NCBI RefSeq assembly: GCF_000143415.4
Contig: NW_003314287.1
Span: forward strand, 952,203-1,016,202
DNA length: 64,000 nucleotides
From: Selaginella moellendorffii
Lineage: Eukaryota; Plantae; Lycopodiophyta
Direction: 5' to 3'
Both the position numbers and the translations under genes were made by a program. Below the pieces are notes generated by a model. It saw nothing but the letters and a program-made list of their open reading frames with translations, ran no database searches and was not told where the DNA came from. Position 1 is the first letter of the stretch. Each line of letters starts with the position of its first letter. Of the stretch, positions 41,093 to 51,760 are shown one piece after another.

Positions 41093-43472
41093 AGCTCCCC
41101 GGCGGCTGCTGCGCTTTGGGTCGCGCGCTGGAAAGGCGAAATAGGCGAAATAGCAAATAAACCCTAAAGTGATCATGGAATCATTTGTTGGGATCCTGAG
41201 TTTGAAAATGTTGAAAGAGGGACGTAGCATCGCCGCTGATCACTCACTCAAGCATATACATTATATGGTTTGCTGTAGTAGAACATGGTATGGTATTTTT
41301 ATATCACCGCAATCATGCCAACCATTTATGATCGAACGAAAATGGTGGTGGTGCAAAATATGAGAAGCAAATGTTTGATACCCTAAAATGGTGTGGCTGG
41401 TCACATCTTTTGCATGGCTCTTAATCAAAATGGCATACGAGTTCGTTAGGGCCACACGCACAAAGCCACCCTTATTAAAGCCCCGGTGAAAACGCTTCCC
41501 TGCACCCTTCCAGAGGCCGTACGGGGCAGGGCATCATGTAGGAGTCAAAGGCCTAGCAGGTGACCGGTACCTGCCGGTGGCGGTACCGAGTGGTGTGATT
41601 TTGCTAGTGAATGTGTGTGTATGTGTGTATCTAGCTCCCTAATGAGAGTAACAAGGACCCACTTGGCTTAAGGACGATTCCTCCGGAAAATTCGTATTCG
41701 TGGGTGTAGTAACTCTAACCCGCCCACCCTGCGATAAAAATCATAGAAAATGACATCGCATTTTACCCCTGTGTGATTCTCTCCCCTTCAAGGCCACTAA
41801 CATTTGTTTCGCGCCATCATTCAAATCGGAAATATTCCGTCGCCACCGGCGGAGCCGGTCGCCTGACGTCACAGCAGGCCGTCGCGGAACCCGTGGGCCA
41901 AGGCGTTATGCTGCTTAAGACGAATTATGCGACTCACACGTGCCTGTTTAATCATAAAAATCTCGTACGATGATAGTACGGCGCTACCGGAATATTCCTA
42001 ACCGAACGTGTCGATATTCAGGCTAAATTTTCTACGTACGGGGATTGTCTGTGTTAATAATGCACATGGCACAAGTGTATAGAAGTTAACATCTCACCAG
42101 TAAGTTGTTGTGCGATTACAGTTTCTTTGTACGGAACTGTAGCTCGGGAGAACTTCCGTATGATCCTGGGTGAATTAAGTTGTCCTTGGGTTTTTCTGTC
42201 GCCGTTGTTGGTAGAGCAGTGTTTTGTGTCTTTGGCTCACTGCCTCGAAGGTCTAAAAGCTTTTATAATAACCAGAGAGAGCCCCACCACCATTTGGCGA
42301 GCTCGATCCCGCCTATAAACAAAGACCTGAGAATCCAATCTCCCAATCTCCCAGCTCTCGAGGCGAACAATCATTTGTTATGACACGTCCCAGTTGGATC
42401 GGGAGAAAACTTTGGATCGATGCAAATTCCGGAATGAGGGGATGTGCCATTTACCTCCCCTCTCCCTCACCCTTTGTTCCCTCAACAAGCAATTGACTTA
42501 TAACCTAGTTTACTTCTTGTTCCTGTTGCAATGCAAACAAAAGGTAAAAAAACTTTCACCTTTGCGTTTCGTTCCCCGTCGTTGCCGGGAAATCATTTTC
42601 TTTGCGGCTCGCGGAACTGGCTTGCATGTTCCACCAGGCAAGAAAAACTATATCACCCTTTTGTGGCTGTCGTAACTTAAGATCACTCTCTGCAGGGACT
42701 AAAATAACCACGGTGGTACAAGCACTTTTGTAGTTTTCTCCCCTAGAATAATTTGTTAGTGCCGCTAAAGCAAAGTATGGTAATCATACATAGGCCAGGC
42801 CCAAAAGAGTGCAAGATGTCAATCGGGCTGCATTTGTTTTTGCGGCCTGTAACATGCGGCGCATTGCCGCAAAATAATTCTCATATAACTCAAGAGTATT
42901 CAACTCCATAGCATAATTCTCGGCTACCTCTAAATAAAAGGGAACATATTTTAACAGCACCACCATTATTGTTATTTAGAAAAGGTTGGAATCAAAGTTT
43001 ATTATCGAGAGGTACAAGCACTGGGGTGGCTTATTGCAATGCAGCTAAAGCGAAGTAGACGTAAGGAGTTGTTTTTTTGGTGGCGGAACATGCCCCCCCC
43101 CCGCACAGCCCAGCGAAGCGACGGGAGCTTTTATGCCAAGTGAGAAGATGCAACGTATATCTGCTGGAGGGGGGCATGGCAATTCGCTCTAGCTGGCCAA
43201 CGAGATTATCAATGCGTATCCGTTATATACGAGCTGGAGCATACAAAACGTTAGAGAAAAAAAAAAGGAGTTTTGAAGACGACCACGAAAGTCGTTAGAA
43301 CTGTCTTTGTTTTCCTGGTGAAAGTTATCTCGCATCTGTAGAGAACGAAGATCTTGTCTTATTTATCAGCTCTACGCGGAGGGACAAAGTCTTTGCGATA
43401 CTTACAGGCGCTTCGAAAGATAAAAGGAGTTTCGGATGGAGCTTATTAGAGTTGTTTTTGCCAGAATCTAGC

Positions 43473-44307
43473 TTAGACTGGTTGGAGCCCGGCTCTGGCT
43501 GCTGCTTCTGACCAGGCGCGACTGGTCGCCTGATTGAACAAGACGAAATCGATCTGAGAAGCAGCAGCATCACAAGTCAGCGGTGGAAGAGCGGCCGAGA
43601 GCACGCAAAGACTTGCCTCGGAGAATCCGTGCGCCCCCTCCTGGATGGTTTCCAGAGCGATTTGCGCGGCTTTGGCGAGCGGGAATCTGGAGCCAAAGTT
43701 TAGCGCATAATAAAACTCGAGTCTACAGCAAAGCAGCTCTTTGTTACCCGTTGATCCCGCAGGACAGCGCCGGGAAGGCTATGAACTTGATGCCTTGGCT
43801 TCGTGCGACTTCGAGCGAGTTCCTGCGACGTATCAGCGTGAAAATGAGAAGCGAGAGAAAAAGCTCCAGAGTGCTATATACTTGTAAGCGTTCTTGAGAG
43901 TCTCGGCTTTTGCGAGCCTGTTCTTCGCTGAAGGTTTTCTTGTACGCTACACCCACAGTGTGGATGATCTTGCTCACACGGAGACTAAAGCCAACCACAC
44001 AATACATTTGTACATGAAAAACTTGCTTACGGTGTAGCCATGGCTTCTCCTGGAGGACAATCGGGGAGTTCTCGGCGGTGATCCAGTCGAAAGAAAGAAT
44101 TTTAAAATTGTCAAGAGAGTTTTTCCCACCTCCGTCGACGCCACCGCCTCCCAGTAACCATTCGTGCGTGGCGTTGACGATCGCATCGCTCTTGCCGTCG
44201 GCATGCCACCGAGTGATGTCGCCCTCGCGCAGCACCAGCTTGCAGGAATCGCCAAGCTTGTAGCCTTGCCCCGCTTCTCTTGCGAGCCCTTGCCCATTTC
44301 CCGCCAC
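43473..44307 (-). pseudogene. Macrodomain (ADP-ribose binding/hydrolase, MacroD-type) gene, apparently disrupted
   Basis: Motifs GDITRW...DAIVNA...LGGGGVDG, CPPGEA, IIHTVG, LKNAYKNSL, IAFPALSCGI, FPLAKAAQIAL and IDFVLF. No in-frame ATG, the AIHRAAG segment is missing, and there is a frameshift near 43910. Confidence 0.75.
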
Positions 44308-44660
44308 AAAACCTAAACCCTAAAACAAAGTTACAAATATCTTACAAATATCCCCATCCTAGAACAGCTTAAATGTCTAGCTTTAAAAGAATTAGCACCT
44401 CCAACTTCTACAACGATTTCAAAACTTTTGGAGAAAAACCCAGTTTCACATCGTACAAGCACTCGAGCTAAAGCGAGCTTGCCGCAACATGTACACTCGG
44501 AAGATCGGTTTTGAGCATCTGTATTCCTCATACTCTAGCTGGCCAGCAAAGAACACTGGTCAGGTTCACTCCCAAAAGAAAAACCCAAAGAAAAGAATGT
44601 CGTACCTCTAAAGTCAGCGCATGCTACACGAATATCTGCCGCTGGAGGACACGAGTCCCG

Positions 44661-46037
44661 TCACAAAAACGTTGCGCCGCTGTGGAGCAAGTTGTGAGCG
44701 ATCGCATCTCGGGCCTGGACGGCGGCCGGATCGCTGCTGCTACTGTCCGGGAACATCAAGTCGTCCACGGCCTCGTACGCCAGCTCCTCGTCAAACCCCT
44801 CGTTGTGGTGCTCGCAAACGTTGTGGAGCACGCTGCATGCCCCCAGCACCGCCGGGAGCTCCTGGAGCTTCACCTCGGTCCGCTTTTGCAAGAACTTCCA
44901 GCGTCCCTTGAGCCGTCCAAACGCGTCCCTGGCGATCTTGAGCACCTCGGACAGCTTCTCGTTGAAAGCGTGGTGAGCCCAGCCGAGGTTGTGCTGCGTG
45001 TAAGGCACCAAGAGCCAGCTGAGTAGCGGGTACCCCGGCCCTCCGGAGACCCAAACTCCGTTTAGCAGGCCATCCGCCGCTCGCTGCGCGAGGTTGGACT
45101 TCTCCAGGATCCTCTCGTCCGACATGGAACCCGGCCAGCCGATGGAGAGGTCCGTGAAAATCCCGCGGATGTCCACCACCCCTTGCAGGGTGATCGAGTA
45201 GGACGTCTTCTGGTTCCTGTCCGTGTGCCTCTTGTTGAAGTAGGCCGCGACGTTCATCTTTGGAGCGATGATCGGGATGTGCGTCGTGTACATAGCCCCG
45301 ACCAGGTTTGGAATCCCGGAGATGGCCTCGAACTCCTCCATCACCGCCTGAAGGCGCTCCTCGGTCGGCCACTGGACGTACTTGGACAGAAGAACGTCGT
45401 TGATAGCAGCGCAAACTTCGAGCACCAGCTTGTGACAAGTTGATATCCCGAGTCCGAATCGCTTGGAGACGAGCCTCAGCGGCTCTCCGGTGGCGAGCCG
45501 CCAGATACAAACCGCTACTCGTTGTCTCACCGGGATGGCCTGGCGGAGCATCGTGTCCTCCTTGGCCACCGCCAGGCCGAGCTGGTCACAGATGATGTTA
45601 AACGTGCTCTTGCTCATCCGAAATGCGCGGTGGAACTCGGCCTCGGGAAAGCTCGGGTGATTGCAGCGCTCCCACCACGCCTGCGAGCGTGACTTCACCC
45701 ACAGCCGGCGGTGGACGCTCTGCTGCGTCGCGATGGCGGCACCAACAGCGGCCACCGCCAGCCGGCTCCGTTTCAAACGCAGCCTCTCGAGCTCGTCAAG
45801 CTCGGCGTACTCCTCCTGTAGATGTCGGTGGTAATCCAGCATCAACTCCACGCGTCTCTTGTGCTCCTCTTCGATTCTCTGCCATTCCAGCCGGGACCGC
45901 CTCTCAAACTCCTCCTCTTCTTGCTGCTGCTGCTCGCTGTAGACAACCAGGAAGAGCAGCATCTTGAGAAGCTCGCTTCGTCTCGGGTTCCAAGGTCTCT
46001 TCCTGCTAGTTACCTCCAAACCTCCGGAGCCGCTCAT
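44661..46037 (-). CDS. HARBI1/ALP1-like domesticated Harbinger transposase (DDE_Tnp_4 family), intronless
   Basis: Motifs RRLWVKSRSQAWW, FRMSKSTF, VAVCIWRLATG, GWPGSMSD, YPLLSWLLVPY and AFGRLKGRW. No TIRs or partner Myb ORF seen. Confidence 0.92.
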   Translation of the reverse strand: MSGSGGLEVTSRKRPWNPRRSELLKMLLFLVVYSEQQQQEEEEFERRSRLEWQRIEEEHKRRVELMLDYHRHLQEEYAELDELERLRLKRSRLAVAAVGAAIATQQSVHRRLWVKSRSQAWWERCNHPSFPEAEFHRAFRMSKSTFNIICDQLGLAVAKEDTMLRQAIPVRQRVAVCIWRLATGEPLRLVSKRFGLGISTCHKLVLEVCAAINDVLLSKYVQWPTEERLQAVMEEFEAISGIPNLVGAMYTTHIPIIAPKMNVAAYFNKRHTDRNQKTSYSITLQGVVDIRGIFTDLSIGWPGSMSDERILEKSNLAQRAADGLLNGVWVSGGPGYPLLSWLLVPYTQHNLGWAHHAFNEKLSEVLKIARDAFGRLKGRWKFLQKRTEVKLQELPAVLGACSVLHNVCEHHNEGFDEELAYEAVDDLMFPDSSSSDPAAVQARDAIAHNLLHSGATFL

Positions 46038-46120
46038 TGAGCGTCCTCCTAGAGAAAATCTCTTCCAGATTCACTAATCTGCTTGTCGATGGCGAGGAGA
46101 AAAACCACCGCTCGCCAACA

Positions 46121-46150
46121 TTCTTCTTCTTCTTCTTCTTCTTCTTCTTC
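46121..46150. repeat. (TTC)10 microsatellite in the 5' leader of the HARBI1-like gene
   Basis: Seen directly. Confidence 0.9.
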
Positions 46151-46997
46151 TTTTTCTTTGTGTTGTTCGTCTTCTTCCACCTAGACTCTGTGTCTCGACA
46201 TACTCCTATTCTTCCGCGTGTTTACGCTCTCCGACCACCTATGATAATCCTGTATTAAATCTAAAATCCTTGCGAGAACTCTTCCAGCTCCGGCTGCTAC
46301 TTCTAATCCTGGTGATCTTGCTGATTTCTCCGGACAAAAAATCCTTCCACGTGAATTCGCAAAACTTTGTTTTTTCTCCGACCATCTATCATCTGCTTCA
46401 CACCTGTGCCTGGAAAAAACCTCATTTCTAGAAGAATTGGCCCCGGACTCTTCCCTACACTGTAGCTTCGTCGGCGTCAACCAGTTAGTCCACACGCATC
46501 CTCTATCAATGCGGCACCCCTGTCCGGACGCGACGGCCTCTAAACCCTATTACGCGCTTTCCCTCCTTCCCCGAAAGAAATCCCTGTCGATCGATCGAAT
46601 GTGCTGCGTAAATCCATCATGCGCAGACCCCCACACTGCACTCGCCCTCGCTCGGGCAGCGCGCGCCAGGAGAAATCCCTGCCTGCCAGGCGCGACGAAG
46701 AGGAGGAAAGCGAAAACTCACACATTCTCCCGATCGCACCTCAGCATCGGATCAGATAGCGCACGGAATTCCACTCCCCCCGCCGCCATCAATGCGCGCC
46801 GCCGCCGCCGGGAGCGAGGCCGGGCGGCCCTCCTCCCGCCATTGTGCCATATCGCTCGCTCCGACAAGGAGTGGTTTAGCGCCGGGGGGAATCGAACACG
46901 GGACGGGGTGGACGGCGGACGCGCAGGGGAATCGAACACCCGACGTGACGCATGCTAGAGAACCTTCATTCAATGTTTAAAAGAAATTCCAATCAAG

Positions 46998-49931
46998 CTA
47001 AGTTGTCTCGGAGTTGTTGTCCTCTTGATAACACGAAACAATCCTCGCGAAAGCTTGCTTGATCTCGCCAGCTTCCTTTGGCCTCGTGTCCTCGCCAAGA
47101 TCAAAGCTCTCGAAATGGCTAATGAGCGCCTCGGCCATCGCTGGAGAGATCTTGCCGCCGCCGCCGCCGCTAAGTTTCTCCTCTAGCTCGCCCAGCGACG
47201 ATGCAAGAGCCGGGAAAAACGCGAGGAACCAGCTCGTGAACACCGCCACCGCCAAGTCTGCGAAGCTCGGAGGAGCCAAGAGCAGAGTGGACGAGAGAGC
47301 AGTGCTTGGAGTCGACGTTCGCAGCAGCGACAGCATCCCGGACATGGCTTCCACATCGCTCTCCGGGTTGACGCAGCTGGAGCAGAGCTTGAGCACCTCG
47401 AGGCTTGTCAAGGGTCCACACCCCTGTACTTCCGCGATGAGGAGCTTCCAAAAGTAGTGCTGCTCGATCGAGTCCCAGGCCAGTGACGCCTTGACGAGCC
47501 TGGCCAAGTTTTCGGCGCTGCCTATCACGGGGAACTCGCCGAGAGCGAGCCGGAACTCCACGCTCAGTATCTCCGCTGGGCCGAGGACCGAGACCATCAA
47601 GTGCATGAACTTGTCATAGCCGACTGCCAGATTCGGGAGGTAGCGGCACACCGACGGGAGAACTCGTTGGAGCCGAGCAACGTTCCACACCAAGCACGTC
47701 TTGAGATCGTTGAGTAGAGCGGACCTGACTTCTTCGTCTGGATTCGCGACGCTTTCGGCTGCAACGTTGATCAGGACGAGACTTCTCTGGAACTCCTCGT
47801 AGGCTTTGAAAGCCTCGGCCACTGCGTTGTGAAACCTTTTGCGTAAACTTTTCTGCGTAGCGCTGCTGCCTTGCCTCTGGAGCCGCTTTGTCTCTGGAGC
47901 TCTCGTCGCCTCGCCATCCTCGTCGCTGATGTCGGAGGCCTCGGCTTTGATCTGGTCCGCGTCTTTGCTCTTGAGGATGCCAAGCACGTAGTCCTTCGTC
48001 TCCAGTTCTTCCGCAAGCCGGCTTACGTAACAAAGGAGTCGTGGCCCGACTGCAAATCCTTCCCGGGACCAGAAGAGCAGCATCGTCCGGACGTGAGGAT
48101 AGCCGAAACCAACGTAGAGCCTCAAGAGGCTGGAAGTCAGGGACATGGTCTCATCACCTTCGGCCTTGGTCGTCGGTGTAGCTGCTAGAGGCGAGAAGAG
48201 ATCGTACGCTGCCTTCTTTGTGATATCCGTTACCTGGGACGCAAACTTCTCGGCTCGCTCCTGAGAAGTCAAGCATCCCAGGGAGCTCTCGAGAACTTTG
48301 ATGGCGGCGTCTTGTGACAGGGCCAGCGCCTTTGAGAACTTCTCCAGGTGTGAGTTCAGCTCACTCGCGTTTGGATCGTGAACACCCGTTCGCCTTCTCT
48401 TCCGAATCACACTCTCGGAAGTAGTGTCCACTTCGCCTTTATCCTCGCTCTCCTCACGTACTGCGAGCTTGCCGAGAGGTTTGAGCTTGAGGCCATCGCC
48501 AGCACCTTCGACTTTACAGTAGAGTGGGAAGAGCTGGGACAGCTTCTCCCGCAGTGGCAACGCGATGGCCGGTGCCGTCGCTAGAGGCTCCAAGTTCCGG
48601 ACAACACCTTTCCCAACCAAGATCTCCACCGACGCTGCTACGCCCCGGTGGAGCAGCTCCTTTCTCGGAGGATCGTAGTGCTCCATCAGCAGGAAGAGAA
48701 ACTCCAGCAGCGAGTTGGTCATGTCCACGTACTTTGGTATCGACTGAAACATGACGAGTATCCCCGGCTCGATGTTCATGATGTTGTCGGTCTTCGGCAC
48801 GAAAAAGAGCCAGTCGTAGAGAAGCGCAAGCTTCGCGTTGGCCTCGACGTGGTTGCTCTTGCAGCACTTGAGCAGCCACCCGATGAGAGCCCACCGCGGC
48901 AGGATGTCCGACTGGAGAATCTGGTTGCTGGGATGGTGGACGCAGCAAACATACCGTATCAAGTCACAGACGAGCGTCTCGCTCTCCGGGGTGGACAAGA
49001 ACCGCTGCGTGAACCATCCCTGGTACCGTCGCTGGCTTCCCATTCTTACATGCGTGAGCATGAACTTGATCTGTGCCTCCATCTCTGGCGTCAACCGGGA
49101 CTGAAAGTACCTCGTATGAGTCTTCACCACGTAAAGTTGTCCGATGTCCGTGAACGAAGGCACCCTGAACGATGCCGGATTCGCCAAGAGGTCCCTCCAA
49201 ATGGCATCAAACTCGGCTATGGAGGAGACGTCCTGCAAGAGCCGGATCAAGTCCCTGCCAATCCCGAGGCACTCCTGGAAGTGCTCCCGGATCATGGACG
49301 CGCAGAACTTGATCTCAGCCTGGCGGAGCTCGTTCACGGAGGAGTTCTTCGCCATGCTGTGATCCGGAAGAAGGCGGAGATACGTGTAGACCGCGCTGGT
49401 GAGAAGGCCATGGTTGGAAGTCACCCAGGAGATTTTGGTGGTGAGAACCTCGAGCATCTGCATCGCGAGCCATACGTTGGTCGGGCTCGTGTCACCTCCG
49501 ACGATCTGGCGGAGCAGTAGCAAGCAAAGATTGTCCACGTCCGTGGCATAGAACTCGATGAGCTGCTTGAGCAGCCAGATGATCTGACCCCGAGGATGTT
49601 CCAAGAGTTTCGCGTAGGAATCGTTTACCAGGCGAAGGAGGAGGCCAACGAACGCCGCGTAGCCATCTGTGGTGATGGTCGTGAGCTGATTGATAAGAGA
49701 AGTGGCCGAAGAGCTAGTAGCGGAAGAAGCTCCCGCTCCTCCTCCTCCCTGGGGCTGGATGAGAATGGCGTAGAGAAGAGCTTGCGTGAGAGGGCCTCGC
49801 TGTGCTGGCGGCACTGTGGAGAGGTAGGATGCGCTGAGCTGCGCCTGGAATGTGGAGTAGGCCTGCGAGAGAATGATCTCGAGCTCGTCCTGTGCCTCGT
49901 GAGAACCCCTGTGGAGCAGCTTGGAAGTCAT
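46998..49931 (-). CDS. INTS3: Integrator complex subunit 3 (SOSS-A), intronless CDS
   Basis: Motifs IGRDLIRLLQD, QRRYQGWF, DLIRYVCCVHHPSNQILQSDILPRWALIGWLL and AKLALLYDWLFF...IMNIEPGIL. First in-frame ATG at 49931 (the ORF track uses a GTG at 49994). Confidence 0.95.
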   Translation of the reverse strand: MTSKLLHRGSHEAQDELEIILSQAYSTFQAQLSASYLSTVPPAQRGPLTQALLYAILIQPQGGGGAGASSATSSSATSLINQLTTITTDGYAAFVGLLLRLVNDSYAKLLEHPRGQIIWLLKQLIEFYATDVDNLCLLLLRQIVGGDTSPTNVWLAMQMLEVLTTKISWVTSNHGLLTSAVYTYLRLLPDHSMAKNSSVNELRQAEIKFCASMIREHFQECLGIGRDLIRLLQDVSSIAEFDAIWRDLLANPASFRVPSFTDIGQLYVVKTHTRYFQSRLTPEMEAQIKFMLTHVRMGSQRRYQGWFTQRFLSTPESETLVCDLIRYVCCVHHPSNQILQSDILPRWALIGWLLKCCKSNHVEANAKLALLYDWLFFVPKTDNIMNIEPGILVMFQSIPKYVDMTNSLLEFLFLLMEHYDPPRKELLHRGVAASVEILVGKGVVRNLEPLATAPAIALPLREKLSQLFPLYCKVEGAGDGLKLKPLGKLAVREESEDKGEVDTTSESVIRKRRRTGVHDPNASELNSHLEKFSKALALSQDAAIKVLESSLGCLTSQERAEKFASQVTDITKKAAYDLFSPLAATPTTKAEGDETMSLTSSLLRLYVGFGYPHVRTMLLFWSREGFAVGPRLLCYVSRLAEELETKDYVLGILKSKDADQIKAEASDISDEDGEATRAPETKRLQRQGSSATQKSLRKRFHNAVAEAFKAYEEFQRSLVLINVAAESVANPDEEVRSALLNDLKTCLVWNVARLQRVLPSVCRYLPNLAVGYDKFMHLMVSVLGPAEILSVEFRLALGEFPVIGSAENLARLVKASLAWDSIEQHYFWKLLIAEVQGCGPLTSLEVLKLCSSCVNPESDVEAMSGMLSLLRTSTPSTALSSTLLLAPPSFADLAVAVFTSWFLAFFPALASSLGELEEKLSGGGGGKISPAMAEALISHFESFDLGEDTRPKEAGEIKQAFARIVSCYQEDNNSETT

Positions 49932-50649
49932 GACGCTAATTCCATGCCCATGGCAAGAAAGTGAGACTTCCGCGTGCAATGCGCCGGCCGCCACCGCCGC
50001 CGCCGCCGCTGCTCGCCTGCTGGAGAGAGCTTACCTCGATCGATGGATCCCTCTGAGTAAGAACCCTAAAATACTTTTCTCAACAACGGACAATCAGGAC
50101 CCTTGGTTGCGAAACAGCGATTCTCGTCGATGTACTTCTTCGTCATTCCAAAGGCTGCTTTGATAGTCAGCAAAATTTTGAAAATTACGAAAGCGAATTT
50201 GTAAAATTACAAAAATGCCAATGTTTGTTACTTATAAAAAAGCCCTTTCATATCAAAATAATTTAAAACCACTCAAAACCACTTCAAAATGCATATAATA
50301 TCAAATCAACTAAAAACTAGCTCAAATAGGCTATTGACATGTCTGTAAACTATAACTAATCTTCTCTTATCTGCTTCTCTCATTAAATATCTCTAATATG
50401 GATATGTTTCTTTGGGTAACCTAGAGGGTGATAGGGTTTTGGTCGCATGAACCACAATATCGCTCTGAGTAATTCATATGGGTGTAGTGTTGTGCATAGT
50501 CATGTGAGTATATAGTTATTATTGACATATGAGTACAAAGAATGCCAATTTTCTACCAACCAAAACAAGAGCAAAACTCTCTTTCATGATGTTCATTACA
50601 TAAACATACTTATTAGTATCTATTCAAACACCTTTATATTTGTTAATTT

Positions 50650-51760
50650 AACATGATAGAATTATGTGCTTCATCTATGCCAACTTCTATCCATAAATCA
50701 CGAGAGTTCACCACCCCAAGAAGACTTATGTTCAGACCGAGGGTGGAAGTGTTCCAAAGCTAATAGCAACTCATGTTTATGTGTTTCATTTGATGAACTT
50801 TTTATCATTTTGGTCATGTTTTTAAAGATTATTTACCCTTTCACACCTTGGAGAGTTGGTTCCTTACACTAGTGCCTAATGAACCCTTTAATGATACTCT
50901 TGAAAGAAAAAAGGAGGGATTATTGACTTATTTATGCAAAATTCCTCCGTTATTTTTGTTTCCCAGATATATCTTAATGTTCAGACCTTCTATTACAACA
51001 GCACCAATAGAATATTATTAATGCCAAGGTCTCCAACCAAAAAATGGAGGCCGCCAATCTGAAAAACGTCGACAACGCTAATAAATGTGACTAACTTCAT
51101 TATATACCCAATAGTGAATATCACAACCATGACCACATCCTTACCCTTGTCTTTTGACTCGAGCAGCAACAACATCAATCTTCATTAGAACAAGACCATT
51201 ACCCATAGGATGGAGCTGAAGGATGTGTAATGAGAAGTGGAAGAAACAATGTCTTATAACATTATGCCAATCAAAGAGCATCGTCAAACGTGGATGGAAT
51301 AAATGTATACACAAGTCTAACAAGATCTTGACGAAGTGCGGGCTATAACATTTCTAACTTGATCCACTCCGACATATTTGGCTCTACACGAAGCAAAAGG
51401 TTTTGGAAACAAATACCAAATTATATCACTGACTCAGATGGCCCTTGATAAACACGATATAATTGTTAAAAGGCATCATCACAATTATCGATATATCTGA
51501 ATGCGCATTTGATGACGTCTAGGAGAATACTCCAATCCCCACAAGTGGCTACACTCAAATCATTGTACCATTGTAGTGCCATCCCTTAGAAATATGTGGG
51601 AAACTCATACAAACATTGAGTATTATCCAAATAATGATATATGGCAATCATTGTAAAGTGATCAAATCAATGGTACATATCATCCTTAGAATTCCCATGA
51701 AAGAACTTCAACCGAATGCGAGGATTGACACCAAGAGTAAGAGGAGTTGTACCATGCTAT
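50650..51760 (-). mobile_element. Highly decayed Ty3/gypsy LTR retrotransposon relic (gag plus integrase fragments)
   Basis: Minus-strand fragments FFHGNSKDD...FPTYF*GMALQWYNDL...DW and QGPSESV resemble retrotransposon gag. Downstream GKDVVMVV...KLVTFI resembles integrase. Many stops, AT-rich surroundings, boundaries approximate. Confidence 0.55.

Noticed and set aside
44661-46037. Active Harbinger transposon
   Set aside because: Catalytic residues are substituted and no TIRs or second ORF are seen.
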